Positions 6,904 through 15,266 of a DNA stretch of 34,674 nucleotides are shown here, in pieces. A program made the translations under genes and the position numbers. The notes beneath the pieces are model-generated. The model was not told the DNA's origin. It made no database searches and saw nothing but the letters and a program-made list of their open reading frames with translations. Source of the DNA: Patescibacteria group bacterium (GTDB taxonomy: Bacteria > Patescibacteriota > Microgenomatia > Daviesbacterales > UBA10151); NCBI GenBank assembly GCA_018816815.1, contig JAHIVD010000050.1:1-34674 (forward strand). The letters are read 5' to 3'. How positions within the stretch are numbered: position 1 is the first letter of the stretch; each line of letters starts with the position of its first letter.

Positions 6904-7785
6904 TTACTTTTTCTTATCTTTTTTATCTTTATCTTGCTCTTGCTGATTCTTCTTTTCCTTATCGTCTTTTTTATTTTCCTTATCTTGAGCTTTATTAAGA
7001 TCAGTATTTTTATATTGCTGCTGTTGCTGCAACTGCTTTTTAATTTTTTGTAACTTATTCCTGGTTTTATCAATATCGCTATCGTTATTTCCGCTTGAAC
7101 TATCTGCAGGCGGTAACAACTGTGCAGGAGGAACGGAAGATGGGGTAGGTGTGGTACTAGGAGGAGTAATACTAGGTACAGTGCTCGGAGAAATTTGAGG
7201 TTCTAATTCTGAACCTGATTCTGGTACTGACCCTGATCCTAAACCTGATTCAGGTGCTGGCTCTAATTCTCCTGATCCTGGCACTGGTGGTACTGAAGCT
7301 TGAGGAGTCGGAGCAGGAGACAACAAAGGCGCTGCTGTTGGCGATAACGACGCAGGCGTCGTCGGTTGATTATTGGATTGATGTTCTGTTTGACGTACTT
7401 GAGCAAGACCAGCATCATATTTTGTAATAGACTCTAACAATTGGCTAATAAGTTTTTCTTCTTCAGCAGGGTTTTTAACTTTGCTAATTTCATTTGCCGC
7501 CGCTTGAGTTTGTTCAATTAATTCATTAAGTACTTTACTAACCTCTTTGCCCTGGGTTAAAAGAACAGTAATTTCCTGAAATCTTCTGTCGGAACGGGCT
7601 TTGGCAAATAAAGCTTTTGTATTCGGGTTCAAAGACGCTATCGCATATATAACATCTTCCAAGCCTCTTTTTATTGGATACGTAAATTCTCCTGGAACCG
7701 CATTATTGGAAACTACAGCCAAAACAGCCGGAGGGAAAAGAGCCAGAGCTAAAACTAAAGTTATAATACTTAACAATCTAGTCAT
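6904..7785 (-). CDS. signal-anchored protein with a helical N-domain, a P/S/T/G/E-rich repeat region and a Lys-rich tail
   Basis: N-terminal hydrophobic segment LLSIITLVLALALFPPAVLA. The motif YPIKRGLEDV resembles DUF5667-type proteins (from memory, not searched). Strong low complexity from residue about 130 onward. Confidence 0.55.
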   Translation of the reverse strand: MTRLLSIITLVLALALFPPAVLAVVSNNAVPGEFTYPIKRGLEDVIYAIASLNPNTKALFAKARSDRRFQEITVLLTQGKEVSKVLNELIEQTQAAANEISKVKNPAEEEKLISQLLESITKYDAGLAQVRQTEHQSNNQPTTPASLSPTAAPLLSPAPTPQASVPPVPGSGELEPAPESGLGSGSVPESGSELEPQISPSTVPSITPPSTTPTPSSVPPAQLLPPADSSSGNNDSDIDKTRNKLQKIKKQLQQQQQYKNTDLNKAQDKENKKDDKEKKNQQEQDKDKKDKKK

Positions 7786-7800
7786 AAATTCAATATACCA

Positions 7801-8898
7801 TTAAAATAATATCTTTCGAAGATCTGAAAATGTAATTAGCAGTGCAAGCGCGATTAATATTAAAAAACCAATCTGATGCACTGACCTTTCAATATCCTCT
7901 TTCACTGGTTTTTTAGTTACTGCTTCAATCAAAAGAAAAAATAATCTACCGCCATCAAGAGCTGGAATCGGCAAAATATTAAAAATAGCAAGCGTTAAGG
8001 AAATTAATCCAACAAACCAAAGATAAGGCAGTGCAGCAGCTACCCCAAGAGATAAAATATCATTAGTAATTGCAGCCATTCCTACCGGCCCACTTATGGA
8101 TTCTGAAGCTTGCCCAAAATCTCCATACAACAAATCGCTGCCTATGCTTCCAAAGCCTGCAAAAGTTAGTTTGATCAAGTCAAAAGAATAGGTTATCCCG
8201 GAAAATATTTTTTCAGAAGCGCTCGTATACTCCCGAAACGGAACAGGACTAAAAATTACTCCAATTAAAATATCTCCATCATCCATTTCTTTTGGGGTAA
8301 TATCGATTTGTCTTAAATGATTTCCGTCAATATCCGTTAACGTCAAATTAATTGGTAGACCCTTTTTTGATTTTATAAGATCTTTTGCCGAATCAATATT
8401 TGAAACTTGTTGATTGTCAATCAAGATGAGTTTTTCTCCGGTTTGCACTCCTGCTTTTTGTGCCGGAAAATTTTGCTCAACTGCTGCGATATAAACTCCT
8501 GTTTCTGCAACAGGATAAATAATCTTAAAATTTTGCCCAATAATGACAGCATAAAAAAGAACCCAAGCTAAAATAAGATTCATCAAAACACCGGCCATAA
8601 CAACTGCTATTCTTTGTTCAACAGATTTTTTCCTAAAATCCTTGTTGCTTAATTTTTCTTTACCTGCAGCAGCTATCTCTTCTTCTTCCCCCCTAAGTCT
8701 GACAAAACCTCCGAAAGGAAGCCAGTTTATAGAATAAATTGTTTCTCCTATTTTTTTACCCCAGATCCTTGGCGGAATTCCAAAACCAAATTCTTGAACC
8801 TCAACTCCAAACTTTTTGGCTACTAGAAAATGTCCAAACTCGTGAATCAAAACCAAAATCAGGAGCGTGATAATAAAGATGATGATAGAAAATAACAT
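7801..8898 (-). CDS. rseP: RIP site-2 metalloprotease RseP/RasP
   Basis: HEFGH zinc motif in TM1, a central PDZ-like segment, and the NILPIPALDGG motif near the C-terminus. Confidence 0.9.
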   Translation of the reverse strand: MLFSIIIFIITLLILVLIHEFGHFLVAKKFGVEVQEFGFGIPPRIWGKKIGETIYSINWLPFGGFVRLRGEEEEIAAAGKEKLSNKDFRKKSVEQRIAVVMAGVLMNLILAWVLFYAVIIGQNFKIIYPVAETGVYIAAVEQNFPAQKAGVQTGEKLILIDNQQVSNIDSAKDLIKSKKGLPINLTLTDIDGNHLRQIDITPKEMDDGDILIGVIFSPVPFREYTSASEKIFSGITYSFDLIKLTFAGFGSIGSDLLYGDFGQASESISGPVGMAAITNDILSLGVAAALPYLWFVGLISLTLAIFNILPIPALDGGRLFFLLIEAVTKKPVKEDIERSVHQIGFLILIALALLITFSDLRKILF

Positions 8899-8901
8899 AA
8901 A

Positions 8902-8951
8902 ACGATTTATGATTTTTTTAAGATAAGATTTAGGAATAATTCATAAATCGT
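8902..8951. repeat. inverted repeat, 11-bp arms with a 28-nt loop, between frr and rseP
   Basis: ACGATTTATGA (8902-8912) and TCATAAATCGT (8941-8951). The arm at 8902-8912 ends 4 nt from the rseP start codon (8896-8898). Confidence 0.6.
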
Positions 8952-8969
8952 AAACCATAATTCAAAATT

Positions 8970-9524
8970 TCAAATCTCTTTTAATTCTTCTTCTTTCAGT
9001 TTACCTAATCGTTCAATTTCAGCAATCTTTTTATCAATCAGTTCTTTCAAAATCTTTTCTCTCCTGAAGAATTCGTCTTCTCCGAATTGACTTTCTTCTT
9101 GGAGTTTTTTCCATTCATTTCTAAAATCCTGCCTTATTTGTCTAATTGAAACATGAGCTTCTTCTTGTTTTTGATGCAAAAGTTTAATAAATTCTTCTCT
9201 CCTTTCCCCTGTAAGAGGCGGGATTGATAAACGAATCAATGTACCTTCATTTGAAGGATTTAAACCAATATTAGCTTCTTGGATTCCTTTTATAACATCA
9301 TTTAAAATAGCAGCGTCCCAAACCTGAATTGTTAAAAGGTTGTGCGAAGGAACGGAAATATTGCCTATCTCATTGAGCTTCATTTTTGTACCGTATGCTT
9401 CAATGGGAATATTCTCAACTAAAGCCGGATTAGCTCTGCCTGCTCTGATTCCTGCAATTTCCACTTTGAGGTGATGCACTACTGCGTCTATTTTTACATT
9501 AACGTCATTTAAAACAGGATCCAT
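8970..9524 (-). CDS. frr: ribosome recycling factor
   Basis: G.R.GRANPALVE.I.V.AYG....L.....IS.P......I..WD ... L.IP.LT.ERR is the typical RRF pattern; 184 aa. Confidence 0.9.
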   Translation of the reverse strand: MDPVLNDVNVKIDAVVHHLKVEIAGIRAGRANPALVENIPIEAYGTKMKLNEIGNISVPSHNLLTIQVWDAAILNDVIKGIQEANIGLNPSNEGTLIRLSIPPLTGERREEFIKLLHQKQEEAHVSIRQIRQDFRNEWKKLQEESQFGEDEFFRREKILKELIDKKIAEIERLGKLKEEELKEI

Positions 9525-9638
9525 AGATCTAAATTAAGATAGCACTTAATAATATAGCACAGTTTAAAAGTAAACAAATCCCAGTTGTGTTTAGTGTGTT
9601 TGCTTTGATTTTTATACTGCAACAAGGAAACAAACCAG

Positions 9639-10088
9639 CTATTTCCCCAAAGCTATTCTCTCAAATCTTCCAACTTGAATATTTTCTCCTAATTTTCCAA
9701 TAACTGATTTTATCAAATCGTCTACAGTTTGAGAATTATCTCTAATATATTCCTGAGACAGTAATTTTTTTATGTTTCCAGGGTCCATAGAAGCAATCTG
9801 CAATACCAGCTCATGAGCTAAGCTTTTAAATTCTTCTGTCCTTGCCACAAAATCAGTCTCGCAAAGAAGTTCAACTAAGACTCCAATTTTCCCTGCATGA
9901 GAATAACTTTCCACCAAACCTGCTTTAACTTGTCTCTTTGTTTTTTGAGAAGCTTTATCCAAACCTTTTTTCTTTAAAAACTCCTCAGCTTTTTTCATAT
10001 CTCCTTTGGCTTCTTTTAAAGCTTCCCTGCAGTCTGCAATTCCGGCTTTTGTTTTTTCTCTTAGTTTTTTAATATCTTCTATATTCAT
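9639..10088 (-). CDS. tsf: elongation factor Ts, very short form (149 aa)
   Basis: UBA-like N-terminus IKKLREKTKAGIADCREALKEAKGDMKKAEEFLKKKG and the core motif VLVELLCETDFVART. Confidence 0.85.
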   Translation of the reverse strand: MNIEDIKKLREKTKAGIADCREALKEAKGDMKKAEEFLKKKGLDKASQKTKRQVKAGLVESYSHAGKIGVLVELLCETDFVARTEEFKSLAHELVLQIASMDPGNIKKLLSQEYIRDNSQTVDDLIKSVIGKLGENIQVGRFERIALGK

Positions 10089-10120
10089 AATTCATAAAAA
10101 TACAAAATAACGCTTTTAAA

Positions 10121-10975
10121 CTACTTTGCTTTTTTTTCAGGTTCCTTAGTTTCTTTCTTTTCTTTAGCTTCCGCAGCTTCTTTTTTCAAAACCTTTTCTT
10201 CTGAATTTTCTTTCCCTTTTTTCTCTTTAACTTCTTTCTTCTCTTCCTCTTTAACTCCCTCTTTGACTTTAATTTCAGCTAATTTACCAGCTTCTTTTTT
10301 ACCTTCTCCGTAAGCAGCTGCAATTGCAGCAACTAATATTCTAATGGATTTTATAGCGTCATCATTGCCTGGCACAGGATAATCGATTTGTGTTGGATCA
10401 CAGTTTGAATCAGCAATTGCCACCACTTTAATACCCAATCTGTTAGCTTCCCTAACAGCAATATTATCTGAAACTGCATCTATTACAAAAATTGCATCCG
10501 GCACACCCGCAAGATCCATGACTCCGACAAAAACTCTTTGCAGTTTACCCATTTTCCGCTCCAGCAGGAGTTGTTCTTTTTTAGTATATTTAGAAAGTTC
10601 ACCTTTGGACTTTTGTTCTAAATATTCTTTGAGCTTTTTAATATTTTTCTTTATTTCTGAAAAATTGGTTAGAAAACCTCCCATCCATCTTTCTGCAAGA
10701 AATGGAGTCTCAAGTTCCCCTGCCATCTCTTCAACAATTGGTTTTGCTTGTTTTTTTGTTCCGACAAATAACAAAACTTTTCCAGATTTTCCAAGGTCAT
10801 AAACAAATTCACAAGTTTCTTTCAGATATTTTTCAGACTGAGTTAAATCAATAACAGAAACTCCTTCTTTAGCACCGTAAATATACGGACGCATTCGCGG
10901 ATTGTTCCTTCTAACTTGGTGTCCAAAATGAACACCCGCTTCAAGTAACTCCTGTAGTGTTGGTAATTTATACAT
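10121..10975 (-). CDS. rpsB: 30S ribosomal protein S2 with a K/E-rich C-terminal extension
   Basis: LLEAGVHFGHQ.RR.NP.M..YI.G and D...V.EA..LGI.V.A..DSNCDP..IDYP.PGNDDAI.S. Confidence 0.9.
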   Translation of the reverse strand: MYKLPTLQELLEAGVHFGHQVRRNNPRMRPYIYGAKEGVSVIDLTQSEKYLKETCEFVYDLGKSGKVLLFVGTKKQAKPIVEEMAGELETPFLAERWMGGFLTNFSEIKKNIKKLKEYLEQKSKGELSKYTKKEQLLLERKMGKLQRVFVGVMDLAGVPDAIFVIDAVSDNIAVREANRLGIKVVAIADSNCDPTQIDYPVPGNDDAIKSIRILVAAIAAAYGEGKKEAGKLAEIKVKEGVKEEEKKEVKEKKGKENSEEKVLKKEAAEAKEKKETKEPEKKAK

Positions 10976-11035
10976 GTTTTCCTTGTTCTTCTCTATCGCC
11001 AGTGTAGTTTTAGGAAAACTGAAAGCAATAGATGT

Positions 11036-11062
11036 TTAATACTGGTATTTTACCAGTATTAA
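11036..11062. repeat. perfect palindrome, 12-bp arms with a 3-nt centre
   Basis: TTAATACTGGTA-TTT-TACCAGTATTAA read directly. It lies in the folA-rpsB spacer, about 60-85 nt upstream of the rpsB start. Confidence 0.9.
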
Positions 11063-11102
11063 TAGGAGAAAGCAAGATAAAAATCTGGTAAAACAAAGTT
11101 AT

Positions 11103-11585
11103 TCATCTTTCTAACTCCAGAAATTTATATTTAAAACCATCAGATTTTTGTTCTTCTGATTGCCGAATTACTTTTTTAAATTCTGAATAATCCGGAAAAA
11201 ATACATCTCCTTTGATTTCTTTATCAATAACAGTTAAATACAGTTTATCTGTCCTGGGCAAAACCTCTTTGTATATCTGACCTCCGCCAATAATAAAAAC
11301 TTCATTATCACCTGGTTTACCTTGAGTCATCTTAAAAGCCTCATTTAAATCATGAACCACAATGCACCCTTTAGCTTGATATGCCAAATTACTGGTAATG
11401 ATAATATTAGTTCTTCCTGGCAAAGCTTTTCCTATGGATTCATGAGTTTTCCTGCCCATGATAATAGGATGGCCCATGGTGATTTCTTTAAATCTTTTTA
11501 ACTCTTCCGGTATATACCAAGGCATTCCGCCTTTTGTTCCAATAACTCTTTTTTTACCGGCAATAGCTACAATAATGCTAATCAC
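11103..11585 (-). CDS. folA: dihydrofolate reductase
   Basis: IVA......IG..G.MPW..PEEL.RFKE.T.GH.IIMGRKT.ESIG..LPGR.NII.T and FIIGGGQIY; 160 aa, directly abutting thyA. Confidence 0.85.
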   Translation of the reverse strand: MISIIVAIAGKKRVIGTKGGMPWYIPEELKRFKEITMGHPIIMGRKTHESIGKALPGRTNIIITSNLAYQAKGCIVVHDLNEAFKMTQGKPGDNEVFIIGGGQIYKEVLPRTDKLYLTVIDKEIKGDVFFPDYSEFKKVIRQSEEQKSDGFKYKFLELER

Positions 11586-12545
11586 TCAAAATCCTCCTAC
11601 GACTGTTACCTCTCCTTTAATGGAAGGACAAGGGTCATATCCAACTAGGGTAAAATCTTCAATTTTAAAATCATCAATATTTTTAACCTTAGGGTTTATT
11701 CTCATCTTAGGAAAAGGTCTTGGTTTTCTTTTTAGTTGCTGCCCCACTTGATCCATATGATTACTGTAAATATGAACATCTCCAAAAGTATGAACAAATT
11801 CCCCGGGCTTAAGTCCTACAACCTGTGCAATCATCATTGTAAACAATGCATAAGATGCAATATTAAATGGCACACCCAAAAAAGTATCTGCTGAGCGCTG
11901 ATAAAGCTGAAGCGACAATCTTCCGCTGTTTACATTAAACTGATAAAGAGTATGACAAGGCGGCAGCGCCATGGATTTCCCAGGAAGCGCCATCTCATAG
12001 ATAAACTCCGGATTCCAAGCAGACACTGTAATTGATTTCCTAAATGGGGTAGTTTTTAATTCTTTTATTGCCCAACCCAACTGATCAATTATTCTACCAT
12101 CCGAAGTTTTCCACTTTCTCCATTGCACTCCATAAACATTTCCCAAATCTCCCCATTTTTTAACAAACGGATTTTGTTTTGGCAACTCTTTAATTTTTTG
12201 AACAAATTCTTCTTGCGTCAATTTTGGCATCTTTCCGGCTTTCATGGCTTTTTTGTATGGCCGGTAAGCCCACTCATCCCAAATATGGACGTTGCAATCG
12301 AGTAAATATTTAATATTGGAATCACCCTGTAGAAACCACAGAAGTTCATGAATAATCCCCCTTAAAAATACTTTCTTTGTAGTTAAAAGCGGAAAACCCT
12401 TTTGTAGATCAAACCTAATTTGTCTTCCGAAAACCGATTTTATAGTTACACCGGGATTATTAAACACAGGTTTATTTATCCCGTTTTTTAAAATATCTTT
12501 TAAAAGATCTAAATATTGATATTCTTCGTGCCTTGGTCTTGGCAT
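11586..12545 (-). CDS. thyA: thymidylate synthase (ThyA), long form with a Lactobacillus casei-type small-domain insertion
   Basis: [23 protein letters not shown], the active-site segment [11 protein letters not shown], and DVHIY.NH. Confidence 0.95.
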   Translation of the reverse strand: MPRPRHEEYQYLDLLKDILKNGINKPVFNNPGVTIKSVFGRQIRFDLQKGFPLLTTKKVFLRGIIHELLWFLQGDSNIKYLLDCNVHIWDEWAYRPYKKAMKAGKMPKLTQEEFVQKIKELPKQNPFVKKWGDLGNVYGVQWRKWKTSDGRIIDQLGWAIKELKTTPFRKSITVSAWNPEFIYEMALPGKSMALPPCHTLYQFNVNSGRLSLQLYQRSADTFLGVPFNIASYALFTMMIAQVVGLKPGEFVHTFGDVHIYSNHMDQVGQQLKRKPRPFPKMRINPKVKNIDDFKIEDFTLVGYDPCPSIKGEVTVVGGF

Positions 12546-12642
12546 AATGCCCTCTTATGATAGCAGAAAGTAGCAAAGTCGCAAGTGATCTTTTTATCGT
12601 GTTATCGTATGGATGGTTTTTTCTATTGCAACAAGCCTCTTA

Positions 12643-13212
12643 TTATACTTGTCTTTCTGTTTTTTTAGGACTCACTCTTCCACCCTGATGCTGCCCTCTG
12701 TAGGAAATTGTTTTTCCTTTTATTTTATAAAAAATAATATTACAAATCCTTGCACCAAGTTGCAATTTAACAGGAAAAGAACTTAAATTAGCTAAACCCA
12801 TTGTTAATTTTCCTTGATAACCCGGATCTGTTTTTGAATTAAGAAGCAGTAGTCCTGCTCTAAAAAGAGAGGTTCTAACATGCACTATCGGCATCAAATC
12901 CAACGGAGTATTTACCCATTCTACTGTTTGAATCAAATAATACTGCTGAGGTTTAATCACAATTTCTTTTTGATTTTTTCTACCTTCTAAATACTCAGCT
13001 ACCGGTTTTGTTTCTACGCCTTTTCTCTTGCCCAGTTTAGTGTCGCTGTCTGCCTCAATAAAAGCTCCTCCCTTAACTATTTTATGAACTGAACCAAGCC
13101 TTAAATCAATCCCTACTCCTTCAGGATTTTTCAGCTCTCTTTTGCCCAAATTCAAAAGAAGGGCTTGTTTTTTAATTCTTTTATGGATTTCGTTAATTCC
13201 CAGAATGCTCAT
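12643..13212 (-). CDS. dCTP deaminase/dUTPase-superfamily paralog lacking the Dcd catalytic Glu (possible dUTPase)
   Basis: GIDLRLG, VRTSLFRAGL and TDPGYQGKLTMGLANL align by eye to E. coli Dcd RSSLARLGL and [15 protein letters not shown]. Gly sits where Glu138 would be. Confidence 0.6.
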   Translation of the reverse strand: MSILGINEIHKRIKKQALLLNLGKRELKNPEGVGIDLRLGSVHKIVKGGAFIEADSDTKLGKRKGVETKPVAEYLEGRKNQKEIVIKPQQYYLIQTVEWVNTPLDLMPIVHVRTSLFRAGLLLLNSKTDPGYQGKLTMGLANLSSFPVKLQLGARICNIIFYKIKGKTISYRGQHQGGRVSPKKTERQV

Positions 13213-13290
13213 AATTTATAAAAATAGTAGGATCAAAGGCAAACAAAAAATCCAGTCACGAAAGCGGTTTTTTATACAGTGACAGATCGC

Positions 13291-14046
13291 TTATTTCTTT
13301 CCTGATTTTTTTCTCCCAAACAAATTACTCTTTTTTTTCTCAGACAAATTAATTTTTTTTCCCATCATATTTGACACTTCAGGTAACTTGCTTCCCCCAT
13401 ATCTATTATTAGGACTATTTTTATACGATCTTTTAACTGCTGCCCCTAATTTTTCAAAAGAAAATGCGCAAATCGGACTTCCTTCATAAATTACTAACTT
13501 TTTTCCCTTTAAGAAAGTGCCAAATTCCAAAACCGGATGTCCGTTCCAGCCAGGATCAAACCTGGCTGCTGTAGAGTGAACAACCACCCCAAGTCTGGCC
13601 AGAGAGCTTTTACCGTGCAGATGCCCAACAATATTATCAGGAAGCGTTAATCGCTCGCGCGTAGTAGCAATAACAAAATCATGTTCAGTTAGAATAAAAG
13701 GCTGGCCCGGCTTTAGCTGCACCAACCTCATCATAGATTCCATATCTTTTTTTGAAGCATACCTGGTATCTATAGTATTTAATCCCTCGTCAGTAAAAAC
13801 CCGCAAGCTGCTTCCCAAATGAAAATCAATAGTTACTTCATCTACTGCTTCTTCCCAATCCTTCACTAAAGGATCAATTTTTATAATCCCTTTTTTAATG
13901 TACTCTGTTAAAACCCAATCAGGCAGGGTGCCTAAAATATCTGCAATCTCACCCTTGTCATCTTTTCGAACTTGGGGGCTGGGATCTCTTTTTTCAGAGC
14001 CGAAAACCTGAGCAGAACAAGGAATTTTTTTCTTTATTTTTGGCAT
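13291..14046 (-). CDS. dcd: dCTP deaminase with extra N- and C-terminal Lys-rich tails
   Basis: GKSSLARLGVVVHSTAARFDPGWNGHPVLEF is a close match to E. coli Dcd [31 protein letters not shown], with the catalytic Glu retained. Confidence 0.85.
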   Translation of the reverse strand: MPKIKKKIPCSAQVFGSEKRDPSPQVRKDDKGEIADILGTLPDWVLTEYIKKGIIKIDPLVKDWEEAVDEVTIDFHLGSSLRVFTDEGLNTIDTRYASKKDMESMMRLVQLKPGQPFILTEHDFVIATTRERLTLPDNIVGHLHGKSSLARLGVVVHSTAARFDPGWNGHPVLEFGTFLKGKKLVIYEGSPICAFSFEKLGAAVKRSYKNSPNNRYGGSKLPEVSNMMGKKINLSEKKKSNLFGRKKSGKK

Positions 14047-14092
14047 AAGCTAATATTCTAATGAAATTAAATCCTTTTTTAAAGTAAAAAAC

Positions 14093-14584
14093 CTACTTAA
14101 CTTTTTCTAATTGATCTAAGTAAAGATTTAAGTAGTTATAATCATCCTGAATATATTTATGCTCTTCATTGTCAGGAATATTTTTAGGATATGCCACGTA
14201 TAAAGCATCTAACAGTTTTTGATGGCTTAGGAACTGATCCTTAACTCTGTCAATCTTATCAGTTAAATTATTGTCTACAACTATCTCTGTAATCCGACCT
14301 GCCAAAGTTGAATATCGAAGAGAAGCTTTTAGAACATGATCATAATTTTCATTTTTGACAACACTTTGAAGTTCTTCCAAGCGGGAATTTAAAATATTAC
14401 TCATATAATCAACTTTTTTCTCTGGATCGGATTTAAACTCTAGAAACAAATTTTCCTGTACTCTTTTTAATGCGAAAAAAGGTTGCATATCAGGAGTTGC
14501 TTTCAATGAAAGAAGAAGTGACGCAACAAAAAGCGCCAATATTACTATTAATCCTAACTGAAAACGACATTTCATTTTTAGCAT
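14093..14584 (-). CDS. signal-anchored helical protein of unknown function (same family as 6904-7785 by motif)
   Basis: N-terminal TM segment LGLIVILALFVASLLL, then FFALKRVQENLFLEF, comparable with YPIKRGLEDVIYAI in the 293-aa protein. Confidence 0.5.
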   Translation of the reverse strand: MLKMKCRFQLGLIVILALFVASLLLSLKATPDMQPFFALKRVQENLFLEFKSDPEKKVDYMSNILNSRLEELQSVVKNENYDHVLKASLRYSTLAGRITEIVVDNNLTDKIDRVKDQFLSHQKLLDALYVAYPKNIPDNEEHKYIQDDYNYLNLYLDQLEKVK

Positions 14585-14597
14585 GTTTTTAAATATC

Positions 14598-15266
14598 TCA
14601 ACCCCGAAAAAAATCGTTAAATTTTGTTTTTAATATTTTCAGCAATTCCTGGTGTATATCTTGAGGCTTTCTCATCTCTCTATCTTTCATGCAACCGACA
14701 ACATACCAATTGTTTTCTTTTTTTGCAAGAGACAAATAAATTTTATTAGCCTCATCTAAGTGTTTTAAATTTTGTTCGTGAATATCGCGGTGTCTACCAG
14801 CAACATTTTTTTGTCCAATCTTTGGATCAACATTTAAAAGAATCGCCAGATCTTCTTTTGGGATAGCATTAGTTTCATATTCCAAATTGTCCAGCCATTT
14901 AAAAAATGGCTCTCTTTTACCTTTTTCTAAATTCGCACCCATGTGCGCTTTACTGGCGGAAACATACCTGTTAACCAAAACAAGTTTTCCTTTGGAAAGC
15001 CATTTTTCAATCAAGGGTTTTGCCAAAACCCTATCCCCGGCAAAGATACAGGACATAAGATACGAATTCACTTCGTGAATAGAACCAAATTCTCCCTCCA
15101 GGTATCTCTTAATTAATTCTCCATATATATTATCTTTGTATCTTGGAAAACTTATTGTCTCAAAGGGGATTCTTTGTTCTTTCAGATTATTTGCAAGTAA
15201 TTTTATTTGGGTAGTTTTACCGGAACCATCTATTCCGTCAACAACAATCAATAATCCTTTTTTCAT
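14598..15266 (-). CDS. tmk: thymidylate kinase
   Basis: P-loop VVDGIDGSGKTTQ and a DR(V/Y) motif. There is a 4-nt overlap with the pyrG stop. Confidence 0.85.
   Translation of the reverse strand: MKKGLLIVVDGIDGSGKTTQIKLLANNLKEQRIPFETISFPRYKDNIYGELIKRYLEGEFGSIHEVNSYLMSCIFAGDRVLAKPLIEKWLSKGKLVLVNRYVSASKAHMGANLEKGKREPFFKWLDNLEYETNAIPKEDLAILLNVDPKIGQKNVAGRHRDIHEQNLKHLDEANKIYLSLAKKENNWYVVGCMKDREMRKPQDIHQELLKILKTKFNDFFRG

Noticed and set aside
6864-7073. 69-aa Lys/Ile-rich ORF overlapping the tail of the 293-aa gene and reaching into the T-box promoter.
   Set aside because: It is an alternative frame of the A-rich, Lys-coding tail. The 293-aa frame is continuous with a signal anchor and structured domain.
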